64,000 nt of DNA from Amoeboaphelidium protococcarum X5. Taxonomy: Eukaryota > Fungi > Aphelidiomycota. The stretch lies in the NCBI GenBank assembly GCA_023515725.1, contig JALDTO010000154.1, forward strand, positions 316,407 through 380,406. The letters run 5' to 3'. Within the stretch, counting starts at the first letter, position 1. The number at the start of each line of letters is the position of its first letter. Below, piece after piece: positions 39,758 to 52,439 of the stretch. The translations under genes and the position numbers were made by a program. The notes under the pieces were generated by a model, which worked only from the letters and a program-made list of their open reading frames with translations, was not told the DNA's origin and searched no databases.

Positions 39758-41779
39758 TCATAAATCTTTCTTATTTTCAAGCGGCACACTATCATCCATG
39801 ACATACATTTTCAAATGCATTTTGATCAAAAACCTCAGCATGAACATGGATACAATGAGCGCGGCGACACTAATAACGTTCTGAAACGCGTAACTACTTA
39901 GTATAGTCTACGTGTTAACCAAGGTAAAAGCAGTATTGAGAGCAGGCTTTCTGAATTGCGGCAAAAATGTAGGCGTTATCAGAAAAGCCAGCTATAACAC
40001 CATACTAGACAATGCTCCAAGCAAAGCAAATGGAGACCTCATTCCAGACAGCGCCACACTCACCATGTTCACGAGGATAGTAGTCATACAAGTTCCCACC
40101 TTGAACTGTAGCACTGTATAATCGACCGAGTTACCGCCCAAAATCAAAAGGTAGAGCTCCAATAGAAACATTACATTGTCGATAACTATACATGCAATTG
40201 ACACAAGATATGCTTAGGTTGCGTACTAGCATTTAGTAATACTACGATAAACAATCATGACGACCAGCAAAGCAGCTAGTACGGAGCACTTGATTATGTT
40301 GCCCATCTCAATAGAACCCAACTGCAGCGAAAGCAGACTCAGCAGTAAATCAAATGAGATAGCCACAAAAATATTGGTCCATACTGCTTTCGCAGCTGAT
40401 CTGTCGTAATTACTGTTAAATACAGAGGGGGTATGGAAATACCATCTCTTCCACCACGGTTTCTTCTGCAGCACCTACGTGTTACTACGAATATTGCTCA
40501 CTTTCTACGCGTAGAACAACACACGAGAAGATACCAATATTCTATACTTGATAAGTAACGAAAATGCTGCCATCTTTAAGCAGCCCAAAAACAAAGGAAG
40601 ACTCGCACGCAGATTATCCAACGGATTTCCAATGACAGTGGCAACCATTATAATTTGACCAAGTATAGGGATTATAGCCATGGAGAGTGATTGCACAAGA
40701 CTAGCAAACGATCCGGCACAAAGAGCAAAGATTATAGCGTAGTACTCGACTTGATGAAATGCCAAAGTGCCCGAGATCTGACCGTACACTCTATTTATAT
40801 ATTTGTATTCCGTAAGGTAATACACTGCTGTCATCTGAAGTAGCAGAAATAGCGTAGATACGACAGTAGACGCCTTATGATGTACTTCATACCACTGGAC
40901 TAAAGAATACCTAATCACCAGGTATCCGCTAAAAGCAATAGACAAAAGCGCAAAGCTAAGCAAGCCATATATAAGCCATAAAATTTCATCATATCTGATG
41001 ATTGGGTTGGCCACAGCAACTGTATAGAAAAGGAAGGCCAAAATTGCTAGCAGGCAGTTCCTTTTACACACGCGAATTTGAGAATGCTTCTGGTACTCTT
41101 GTTCAAACAGAGTGTCTCTAAACACAGCCCGGCGCAAGTCCAAAATCTGGGACACCTTCTCCGCATCAGCCCATATGTTAGTGATGTCTTCAGAAAACAC
41201 AACTTTGGCAGGGAGGAAAGCTAGAGACTTCCCCGCGCGATTGCCACCAGTTGCCGGGGTTGATCCAGACCCAGGAGAAGAACTGCCCTTCTACAGTCCA
41301 TCGTCCAAATATATTCTATTCAGGAAAGAGTGGCGATACTGGTCAGTGCCCAAATGCGGGTCATGTCTTACAACGGATGCACCAATTGAACTTATATTAG
41401 ATGAGTCGGTCTGCCTGATATTCTTAGTCTTTACAATCGGCTCGTGTGAATTCACTTCACTGATTTAGCTCTTACCATTCTTACTCTCGGGATAGCTATC
41501 TTAATGGCTTGTCTAGGTGCTGATTATCTAAGTGTTGAGCAGTTGAGTGTTGATAATCTAAGTGTTAATCAAAGTCTAACCCGAAATAATTTAGGCGTTG
41601 ACAACAGTCTAATCTGCCATAATCTAAGTGTTGATCAACGTCTAATCCGATACAATCTAGGCGTTGATAACAGTCTGATCCTAGGCGTTGATTACGGTCA
41701 TATCCGCCGTCTCAAATTACACATTACGGGTTTAATTGGCCTCCTCTGGTGATACTTCAATCCTTTCAGAGTCACTCAT
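39758..41779 (-). CDS. Polytopic membrane protein (~2x6 TM) with N-terminal 11-aa tandem repeats (673 aa)
   Basis: Open ATG-TGA frame joining ORFs 40505-41200, 40226-40474 and 39992-40204; two clusters of hydrophobic helices. Confidence 0.75.
41520..41700 (-). repeat. Coding 33-bp/15-bp imperfect tandem repeat
   Basis: Encodes DQTVINAQIVS-DQTLINTQIMA-DQTVVNAQIIS-GQTLINTQ-IINTQ-LLNTQ-IISTQ; most Q are TAG. Confidence 0.85.
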
Positions 41780-42181
41780 AACTTATAGATGCTTAAATTG
41801 AGATATATTTACAATTGCAGCAATATGTTTAAATGTACTCAACACTAAAAGTTCATACTCAAGATGTTGCGTCAAAGCATGTAGGCTATTATTAGACACT
41901 CATTTTACTTGAAACGGTGTGCAGTGATGGAAGGCTATTTATAGACACTCTTCATTTCCGAGTAGTCTAGAAGCACTAAAAATACTTCAAGAAGTTTCCG
42001 TGGAATGCACACGTTAAATATGATTGGATTCTCATTAAAAAATATTTCCAATAATAGATTCCAACCGAAGAAAATTGGCATACACTTAAATTGGATTTTG
42101 CCTATAAATTCGCCTTTTACTGCTCTTCTCTCTCTTCCTTCTTCACAACAAACCAAAATCAAAAACAAAAAATATAACAAA

Positions 42182-42340
42182 ATGGGACAATCTTGGGCTG
42201 GAAATCCTGACTTCATTGGTAACGCTTCTGACTACGCACAGGTTGAGACTATCATCTCTGCACCTGCTGTTGCTGCATCCATTGCTGCTCCAGTTAGCGC
42301 TTCTGTTCAGCTGGTCTCTGATGGCTAGTTGACTTTGTGA
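42182..42340 (+). CDS. 52-aa small protein with N-terminal MG (possible myristoylation)
   Basis: MGQSWAGNPDFIGNASDYAQVETIISAPAVAASIAAPVSASVQLVSDGQLTL*. Preceded by TATAAA, a CT-rich tract and an A-rich leader; codons strongly biased (GCT/GTT/TCT). Confidence 0.6.
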
Positions 42341-42480
42341 AGACCCTGTGCTGGTGATAATATGACCTTGTGATTGTTGTCATTTAAATAGATTTTATCT
42401 TTTACCATTTAATCTCTTCTCTTTTCGATTACTTTGTATTCACTTTCAACGCGTAAATACACCCAACCCATAACTATACT

Positions 42481-42762
42481 ATGAGCTTTAGCCACCTCAT
42501 CCACCATGTATATATATCTATTGCTTGTGCGCACCGCCAATACGGGCACATTATATACGGGCACATTATGCGTCATCTCTTGGCTCATAATATTCCGGCG
42601 CCGTCAATATGGGTCAATATGGCCGATCGACCCCTTAATCCTGAAGAATTGCTGCGCCACACGCTCTATTTTGTCTTTGTTGAGCTCGCTGATCGCGCCT
42701 TGTCATTGGTAAACGCGTAGTTGAGCTCGATCAGGCCCAATACCCGTTTGATTCTTGTTTGA
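42481..42762 (+). CDS. 93-aa hypothetical protein
   Basis: ATG-TGA frame with one TAG read as Gln; no recognisable domain. Confidence 0.3.
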
Positions 42763-43161
42763 TGATATCAGTAAACTATTTAAACTTGCAATTATCTGAC
42801 AAACCCGTCTTTTCATTTGTCTACATCAAGAAAACGAAAAATTATTTGAATTGAATAGCAGAGAAAATGGGGCACAAGTAAACAACTTGCGATAAATTTT
42901 CCCAAGATGAAGATTCTATTCAAAGCAGCAGTGTGGTTTACAGCACTAGTTACTTATCAATTGAAATTGAGAAAGTCAAGGAGACGTTGCCAACGAACTA
43001 TCTTTAGGTGACGACTGCTGATCAAACGAATGCCTGAAACAAGCGATTTAAAAAGTGAAACAATGAGATGAAATATGAAATGAAATTTTTACTAAATATT
43101 TTATACAAATTTTTATATCACTTTAAGTAACACTATTTTACTTTTAAATTCAATAACGTTA

Positions 43162-43404
43162 TCATTGAAAAGATTTGAGCACTTGCACATTATCTTGTCT
43201 CTGTCGAGAATCGGATTTATATTGTTCCGCGGCCGAGTAGTCCTAAGTTTAACCAAATGCAAACTCATCTTCATCTATAAACTCCTGATACTTTGGTGAA
43301 GTAATACCAAGTGCATCGGCCAGCCATCCACCAAATGCATCAATAACGGATAGGGCGCATGTGCCAGCACTTATCGCTGCTTTCTAAAAGTACTTCAACA
43401 CCAT
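43162..43404 (-). CDS. FAM177-like small protein (80 aa)
   Basis: AGTCALSVIDAFGGWLADALGITSPKYQEFIDE matches the FAM177 motif D..GE.LA..LGIT.PKYQ..IDE. Confidence 0.65.
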
Positions 43405-43548
43405 TGATACTTGATTGCGGTTGCTACACTGAGTCAAGAGAGAAAGAGAAGAAGTGACATTTTTGATCAATAACTTATCTTCACGACAGTAAAAGAAAGG
43501 GGAAACCATTGAGATTGACGCACTGTTATATGTTAAAAATCATTATAA

Positions 43549-46110
43549 TCATTTCGGACCTTAATATCTGTTAGGCTGACTACCACCATAGTTATTGCCA
43601 TATTGGTATGAAGGTGGCTATTGGTGATACTAATTCTAGTTCTGCCCGGAGCTACCATACTATAACGGCTGACCAGGATTCCAAGTCGTCTGCTGAAGAG
43701 ATGTATCAGCATATCCATAACCAGAAGGTCGCGGTGGAAGTGTAGGGGCATTCAACTGATATTATGGTGCAGTAGCATTCTGGTACTGTTAAGCGGGAGA
43801 AGAATATTGAGAGTGATAGTTATTCTAACCATTACCGGAAGTCCCAAGATTCATTCCAGCGAGACCTTCCGTGAGATCTTTCAACATGTCCTTCTTCTCT
43901 ATACTTCTAGCCGTTACATAGTCATCAACTTGCGACTTGAGACGCTATAGAGCAGACTGAAGGTCGCTGTAAAATTTAATACCTTCTTGAAGATTATTCG
44001 ACAACTCTTTGAAAGCCTTATAGCCAAGATCTAAATTATTCAAAGCTATTTCTCTCGACTTGAGAGCATCATTGCTCTGCTTCTTGCGGTTAAATCTCTC
44101 AAACGCTTCACGCAACTAATTGTTTAGCTGAATTTATTTAGAGGCAAAAGCCTCACAGCTTTAATGGAACTAATCATATGCCTTTAAACGAGCAGAGAAT
44201 ATTACATCATAATTCGTGTCTTTCCTAGCGTAAGCTTCCAGCAACTGCGTCCCAATATCATCTTTCGCCGACTGCTGTCTGCACTAGTCAATCAGTTAAG
44301 CACGCATCTTCACTAAGTCATCCAAGGACTGCATGGACGCTTTCACTTGCATCACATCCTGATCATTCTTCGCCAGCGAGGTTGACTGACTACTAGCAGG
44401 AATGAGGCTCTCCAGCTCTTGGCGAGAACTACTTAACGATTCAATATGAGGCAGGTTGCTATCAAATTTACTTTTAACCAGTAAGTCACTTTGTCGAGCA
44501 GTTTACACCAACTTTTCGCGCTTGTCCAACTGTTCTCTAAGATTCCTCTACAGCTCCAGAGAACGCGTGCGTGTCCACCTACTTACTCCAAATCTGTCGC
44601 GACACTCTTCATCATCTTTCTACTCATCCTCAAGTTATCGTCTAATCTGCGCCAAAAGTTCCTAATCTTCTTAAGCAAGAACATTCAAAGTCTACAACTG
44701 CTATTGTAAAGACATTGCCCCACCAACCTGCTTAACTTCAGTCGACTTTTGGATAATCTCTTGCGGTAGGCCAATAGGCTGTTCATACGCCTGAATAACA
44801 GATGGAAGGTTTCTACACCTCAACACTTCATTATACTCATCATTCTGCTTCTACAACTTGTCCGCGATAGATTTGACAACTATAGACTTGCGGTCATTGT
44901 ATGCTTGGATCTGAGTATAGATCATGTACGGATAGAGCTTCTCAAATAGAGGCTTGCCAACTATTGATGTCATCTAAGGACTAGACAGAGGCGGAAATGC
45001 AATGGCTGAAGAAAGAGCCGCTTTATCTATGGCACTTAATGATGCCTAAGATGGTATTGGATCCAGGTATACAACGTCGTTATCCTTCTCAGATCGCTTG
45101 AGTTGATCCTGCAACAGAGACTGGAAACTCTTCAACTCTTTGACAACCACGTCTGATAGGGCCTTGTGGAAATCCAGAGCCTTCTTCACGTACAACTCTG
45201 CCAACTGCAATCTGGCAATCTCCTCGCCATACTTGCCATTCTCCACAACTTCTCTACTCTTCCTGTACTAGGCGATAGCGTTCATCCACAATGCTCGCAT
45301 CTGCATAGCCACAAGCCACTCGGTCGGAAATATACATTTGCTAGAGGTGGGAGACTACAAAGTTTTATTGGCATGCTCATACGCCTGATTATACAGCTCA
45401 GCCGCTCTACTAGCAATTTTCGCTATCGTACCATCCTTCACCTTGGACGCACCGCTGTCAACATCAATCATGATTTTGTGAAAGAAACACTCCTGTGCCA
45501 GCCCCAGATTAATGGCAATCAGACACTCCATTGCAGTGAGCGACATTTCAGGATTCGGACCGGCGGATTACATCTTGGTCGAATGATTATCTGCAATTTC
45601 CTAAAACACGCCAGCTGAACTTTAAAAGTAATTCGCAGCCTTCTTGACAGAATCTACACCCACGGAGCACTTTAGGCCCACCAGAGACAGAGCAGAATGC
45701 CCCAACTGATTGTACATGGCACCAATATTGAACAGTAGATGAGCCTTCTCAAAATCGCCACTAAAACTGGACACTGGCTTATTCTTGGCACTACCAGAGG
45801 ATGCGAATGACGAGTAATAACGCCACGGGACACGAACAGAAGAGCCACTAGGAGAGGAAGTCTCAGCACTGCTATTGTCGTCCAGCGGAATCTTTCCACA
45901 CACAAATGACAGCTGACCATAATACTTGATTAGCTTATTCAGCGACTGCTCATGCGTCTCTGGAGATACCACTTCACTGCGCATTGCATCCAACAACTGT
46001 AAGTCTGCAGCAAACTGGTCCGGATTCATAGAATACACATCTTTGATGTAGTCAGCGAGCGGCTGCTTTAAAGACACTGGATCAGTAGCTTTAAACTGAA
46101 TTTTGAACAT
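43549..46110 (-). CDS. BRO1-domain ESCRT accessory protein (ALIX/Rim20/PalA family), 853 aa
   Basis: FEKAHLLFNIGAMYNQLG, LGLAQECF, GKYGEEIARLQLA, SEKDNDVVYLD, V-domain NLQEGIKFYSDL, P/Y/Q-rich tail. Confidence 0.92.
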
Positions 46111-46923
46111 CTCTGCAATAGTAATAATAAAGTTTGAACTCACAGTAGTAATTTATGATTAAATAATTAAGAGTACTGAAGACAACTTATTGAAGAGAGT
46201 AGATGGTGATCGCTAAATGTTAAACACTCAACGCGACAGAATGAATGACGCGGCTTTAACGAGATGGATCACCTATAGACGAACACACGCGTGATTTGCT
46301 TTCTTTTAGTGGCCAGCCAGGCAGAGGAATGAATCGCCTTTTGTATAGAACGATCTGCTACTGTTTCGAAGATCTCTGAAACTCTTTTCGCGATTACAAT
46401 TTCATGCTCGGTAACTGCGCCGTTTTGCTTACTATCATCGTATCAGATTATTTACCCATCAAAAACTGTTTTATACCTCCTTTGTTGACAACTTCATAGA
46501 AATTTAACTCGATTCAGGCAGAAAAAGTGTCCGAGTACTCTTGTGAGTCGATCAGTCATGTAAATGAAAGAGCCAGCTCACTTTACGTGAAAGGAAGAAT
46601 ATTAATATGGTATTATTCTAATTCTAATTTGCTTATATAAAATTATTGTAAGAGTCTCATATCGAGGCAGATTACTCTATGAACATTGATATAGATGAAG
46701 AATGCAGTGGCGAGCTGCAACAAGACAATTGAGGCGACAACGCGTCTGTGTTAATTTCTTCTCCCTTCTCCCGCTCAAATCGTTAAATCTTCTGGTGCTT
46801 TGAGAATTTAAATACCTTTGTCTTTCTCACTCAAGAATATATATATATATATATTTGAGCAGAGTATATTTTGCCACTAATTATATAAATCTAATATCTA
46901 ATTGAATAATGCTTGGCCCTGAA

Positions 46924-48255
46924 ATGGATGGAAAATAGTAGGAAGAACACATTGCCGGTAATCTAGGTAGTAATGGTGGTGGAGCTGTAGTTAGTGACAC
47001 TGACTTGGTGAAGAAGACGGCTGGCATGAAGGTCAAGGAGGTGCTTGATGTTTACAGTGCTGGCAAGGACATGAGCTAATACAGATTTTGGAGCACTTAG
47101 CCGGTGATGCGGTTTGATTAGCAAGAGTTTGCGGAATGTGGTCCCATCGAACCTGATGTTGTTATAGAGAATGTTCGCAAGACTCCGTATGCTCTCCCTC
47201 CAGGCTATTCCTGGGAGATTGTTGATTTGTAAGTGGATGACCAATTGGAGGAGGTTGCTTAGTTTCTAGATGCTAATTATGTGGAAGATCTCATGTCCAC
47301 CTTCAGGTTGTGTTATTCTAATGAATTACTGCGGTTTGCACTGTGTCCACCCGGGTATTTAAAAGATTGGCACGTTTGCTTGCGTGATGCTAAGGGAAAG
47401 CTGCTGGCGACCATATTTGCTGTTCCTGCCACGATGTCAATTTACGGTAAATCTGTAAAGATGGTGATTATCAACTTTCTATGCGTCCATAAGATCTTGC
47501 GCTCCAAGCGATTAGCTCCAGTGTTGATCAAAGAGATAACTAGGCGTGTCAATTTGACTGGATTAAGTCAGGCTGTGTATACCGCTGGTACAACACTACC
47601 CAGGGCCGTTAGCAATGTTTAGTACCTGCATAGATCTATTAATGTGAAGAAGCTGGTAGATACCGGATTCTCTTACATCAAGAAGAAGATGACTTTGGTG
47701 AGAACGATCAAGTTGTTCAAGCTGCCAATCTAATTCACCATTCCCGGATTTAGAGTACTATCTTCGGAAGACAATGATTTGGATGCCGTCTTGACTCAAT
47801 GTGCTGCTCTTTATTTGGAGTTCTATAAGCAGTTTGACATGTACCATGACATGAGCGTGGAAGAAGTGAAGCATTATTTGACTCCTGTGAAAGATTCTCT
47901 TGTCTCATTTGTAGTTCAAAATGCTGATGGTAAAGTTTTGGCTTTCACCTCATATTACATTATCAAGAACAAGATATTGGGTAATCCGAAATATGATTAC
48001 TTGAATAGTGCTTTCCAATGGTAGTTTGCTGTTGCAAAGGATTCTGGTGTGTCTCTGCAGCAATTGTTTGAGAGTTAGATGATTCACGGCGTCAATACAG
48101 GAATGGATGTGTTCACCTGTCTAAAGGGCATGGGTAGAGATGAAGTGTTGGAGAAGCTCAAGTTTGCTCCCGGCGATGGTCATCTGAATTTCTATTTGTT
48201 CAACTATAAATGCCCGTAGATTAGTGCGGATAAGCAGGCTTTTATGATTATATGA
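46924..48255 (+). CDS. Glycylpeptide N-myristoyltransferase-like paralogue A
   Basis: YRFWSTQPV (Q=TAG), [56 protein letters not shown]. In-frame alternative ATG at 46909. Confidence 0.92.
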
Positions 48256-48647
48256 ATTTAGAATGAAGTACATTCATTATTGCTTAGAAGTTGATTTGAT
48301 CTTTGTTTTTGATGATGATAATAGAATTCAGATTGCTTGCGAGTTAGAGCGATTACACCATTCAAAATTCCAGATGTTTGGTAATAGAAATTTTAAGTAC
48401 AAAAGTAAAAGGTATCTTGAGCGTTAAGTTAAAAGTTCAAATTAGACTCTCTTTGATGAAACCAAATGATGGAGCTAATCGAAGCGGCCACTCTTTATGG
48501 TTTGTCTTCACACGCTCGCGCTCGCGCTCACTCATGTGATCGTCTAGAGGCGATCCTTTGCTTAGCAACGCTGTGGCTTGTTCCTTTTTCGATTCGCTTT
48601 AAAATCTACAGGAGTTTATCACAGAACAATTGTTGTTGATTCGGAAA

Positions 48648-49976
48648 ATGGACGGAAATAAGTAGGAGTAATAGACTGCAAGCGATGTAGGCAAAAATGG
48701 CGGAGCGAAGGAGAGCGGTACTGATATGGTGAAGAAAATGGCTGATATGAAAGTCAAGGATATGCTTGATGGCTACAATGCAGGCAAAGACATGAGCTAG
48801 TATAAGTTTTGGGGTACTCAGCCGGTGATGAGATTTGATTAGTAGGAGGCGGTGGAATGTGGTCCAATAGAGCCTGAATTGGTGGTGGAGAATGTTCGCA
48901 AGACTCCATATGCTCTTCCGCCAGGATACTCATGGGCAACTATAGACATGCAAGTGGACTCTTAATTGGAAGAATTTGCGTAGTTTCTGAACGCGAATTA
49001 TGTAGAAGATCTTATGGCGACTTTTAGACTCTGTTATTCCAACGAATTACTGCGTTTTGCTCTATGTCCGCCTGGGTATCTAAAAGATTGGCACGTTGGC
49101 CTCCGTGATGGTAAGGGCAATTTGATGGGCACCTTATTTGCTATTCCGGCCACTCTCGCGGTACTCGGCAAGCCTATCAAGATGGTTATAGTTAATTTTC
49201 TCTGCGTTCATAAGTCACTGCGGTCCAAGCGATTGACTCCAGTGCTGTTCAAAGAGGTGAAAAGACGTGTCAACCTGACTGGGTTGAGTCAGGCTACTTC
49301 CACTTCCGGCGTCATTCTACCCAGAGCTGTCACTAATGTAAAGTATCTGTATAGATGTATTAATGTGAAAAAGCTAGTGGATACCGGATATACTTATATC
49401 AAGAAGAAGATGACTCTGGCGAGAACGATAAAGTTATTCAATCTGCCGGCAAAGTTTACTATTCCCGGATTTAGAGTATTGTCCGCGGAAGATTAGGATT
49501 TAGATGCTGTCTTGACTCAGTGTGCTGCTCTCTACCAGGAGTTTTACAAGCAGTTTGATATGTATCATGACATGAGTGTGGAAGAAGTCAAGTATTATTT
49601 GACTCCGGTGAAAGATTCTCTGGTCACATGTGTAGTGCAGAATGCGGATGGTAAAGTGGTTGCCTTCACATCTTACTTTGTTATTAAGAACAAGATTCTG
49701 GGTAATCCGAAATATGACTATTTGAATTGTGGGTACCAATGGTAATATGCTATTGCAAAGGATTCCGGTATTTCCATGGAAGCTTTGTTTGAGAATCAAA
49801 TGATTTACGGCGCCAGCACTGGAATTGACGTGTTTAACTGCCTTAAGAGCATGGGCCGGGACGAAGCTCTGGAGAATCTCAAGTTTTCTGGCGGTCAAGG
49901 GAATTTGAATTTCTATCTATACAACTACAAGTGTCCGTAAATTAGTGCTGATAAGCAGGCATTTATGATTATATGA
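48648..49976 (+). CDS. Glycylpeptide N-myristoyltransferase-like paralogue B (tandem duplicate)
   Basis: YKFWGTQPV, VNFLCVHKSLRSKRLTPVLFKEVKRRVN, DVFNCL, KFSGGQGNLNFYLYNY; collinear with paralogue A. Confidence 0.92.
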
Positions 49977-50425
49977 TTATATCATTTATGTATGTAAGCA
50001 TATTGCTGAACTCGGTGAAAGTTAAAAGTCTGTGGATGTTTAATGCTCCTTTCTGCTTTATCATGGTGAGGAGTTTAAATAACCTGCTTTTGAATCAGTC
50101 TTTCTATTATTTTAATTCTTTCAAGCGCTCTATATTTTGTTGCTCTTTCGATACTATAGTATTACGACCTGTGCTCAATGAGATAGGGGACATTGGATGC
50201 GACGCAACTAACATCTCAAACTCAACGGTACTACTTTTCGATATGCGCAGTAATTTTGCTCAGTCAAATGTCTTATGAATGACATGGTATAACAGAGAAC
50301 GCAATAGAATCAAAGATTGTCATAGAATTTATTAACACGCTTTATATTCGCTTTGATGTTTAAAGTGAAATTTTGGTGTTTAAAGATTTTAAATCGACCT
50401 ATAATAGCTTCTCAATATTCAAATT

Positions 50426-51442
50426 TCAACCAGTGCGCGTTCTCTTGAAGGGATTCATGAAACTGAACCAAGTTCTTTTGGGCTTTTATATGCGTTCTTC
50501 GAGAACAGGTGCATCTCCAAAGGCGCCTAGGTTAGACTCTTGTTCTTGTGTCAATTGATTTCTTTGTCGCATCTCTGCCTTCAACGGTTCGATTAAAGAC
50601 CCTTCCGCTAATAGCTCTGCTTCCAGAGCGTCAACTTCCTCGGACAATTCTTACTCGTCTTGATCATTCTGGAACTCTGACAAATCAGCAACCTTGATGG
50701 TAGGAACGTTGAAGAACCATAAATTATCAATGTTCCGCTAAGATTGTTAAATTGCAATTCGCACTTTGGACTTTGCAACAACATTTGCAAACTTCAAACC
50801 GCTTATTCTGGGATTGCCGCCTTGCTTCTTCTTGACTTGATCATACGCGTAGGCAGCATCTATTAAGTGGTCAAAGTATCCAATAGTGTACTTTTACTTG
50901 TCGACAGTAATGGACGCTTTCCAGGACACCCAGCGCTTAGAAAACTCAACCCCCGGTAATTTGACCAAATCTCTTGTGACAGCGTTGACAATGCCGACTT
51001 TCAAAGCAGCATCCGGCAGACAAATATCCAGATATTCGTCGACATAATCGCGTTCTTCTACGACCATCGAAAACTTTTCAGAATTGTTAACATCTGCCAG
51101 GTACTCAATCTTTGCTCTAATGTATCTTTTGGCATTAAGCAAATCCTCGAACACGTACCCATCGACCACGACATCTTGCTGTTGCACTTCTGGATCACAG
51201 CGTCTGTGCATTTCACCTAAAGTGGCACGACGTGCGTACGTGTATGGAATGTCATTGCCATCAGTAGCCTCGCGGTTATCATCGAATGGCTAGAAAGCGC
51301 TGCCATTATCAATTATGATCTTCAAATACTCTGCCTCCTTGCTAAAACTCAGATCATCTCCATCGTTGTACAAAGTTGGTGGAGAAACACACAACTTAGC
51401 CAAAATAATCACACAAAATAATATCAGAGTAACAGACTTCAT
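50426..51442 (-). CDS. Signal-peptide-bearing AP2/ERF-like DNA-binding domain protein (338 aa)
   Basis: MKSVTLILFCVIILAKLCVS signal peptide; AP2-like LPGVEFSKRWVSWKASITVDKQKYTIGYFDHLIDAAYAYDQVKKK; acidic segment; basic tail KPKRTWFSFMNPFKRTRTG*. Checked TGA-free. Confidence 0.75.
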
Positions 51443-51507
51443 ACAGGCAGAATTATCTTATCTTAGTTTGTGTATTGATAAGAAGGAAACGGCTGAGCAA
51501 ACTTGAA

Positions 51508-51565
51508 TGCGCCACCTCCACTTCATTTTGTATGCGCCACATCAATCTTACTTCGCCTGCGCCAC
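51508..51565 (+). repeat. Three TGCGCCAC copies at exact 25-bp spacing
   Basis: Copies start at 51508, 51533 and 51558. Confidence 0.8.
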
Positions 51566-52439
51566 CATCAGCTGTTTCAATCTAAAAATGGCATATTAAC
51601 TTAACTTATCTATTTCTCAGAGAAGTTATTGTTCAAAATAATATAACATCAATCAAGCGCGAAAGTAGAATCTGGTCTTTGTCTCTGCGAACGACCGTCT
51701 GTATATGAGAACTACTTATTGATTCTGCATATGATTAAATAGCTTTGAAACTTCTGGTTACTTGGCCTTGCACGACATCATATGAATTTGCCAGATCCGG
51801 TGAACTGCCTAACTGTTCTTTTATGGACTTCGCCGTGTACGAATATGAATCGCTTCACCTGTTTCTTCCACTGGTCCCCATTCGCATACAAACAGTTGCG
51901 GCTATCAACATCAGTCCTTTCAACACCAATATTACCTGATCACCACGCGTGTATTATGATATGTTTTTGTACACAAAATCATATTCGAACGGCCAGTAAA
52001 TCTCACCCCAGCTGATTAGGATTATCAGACTCACTCCCAATGTACTAAACGCGCAATCTCATCATCTTGCTGAATACAATACTTGTTACAATGCCATGAA
52101 ATAACTGTTATTTATTTAGCCGACTTACGCAGTTCTTCAGCAGTGGTACTTTAGAATGCAGTTTCAACTGTTGGGAAGTTTTAATCGCGTTGACTTTCTT
52201 TAAAGGTTTTTACCAACAGCATCTGCTGCCGTTGTTTCAAAGATTTGGTGATCTAGTATGGGGTATATGAGTTGGAAGTAATGTTCAGAACTCTGCCCCT
52301 GAACCGAAGTTGAAAAAGTTTTTTCCTACAATGATCAAGACGCCACCCACCCACACTCATTGACTTTTGATCCTTGAATGATAGACAAAAGCCACACGGC
52401 AAATACAATCAACATTTTATTGTTTCACTTGATTCATTT

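Noticed and set aside
41520-41700. CRISPR-like array
   Set aside because: Imperfect in-frame coding repeat without unique spacers; eukaryotic context.
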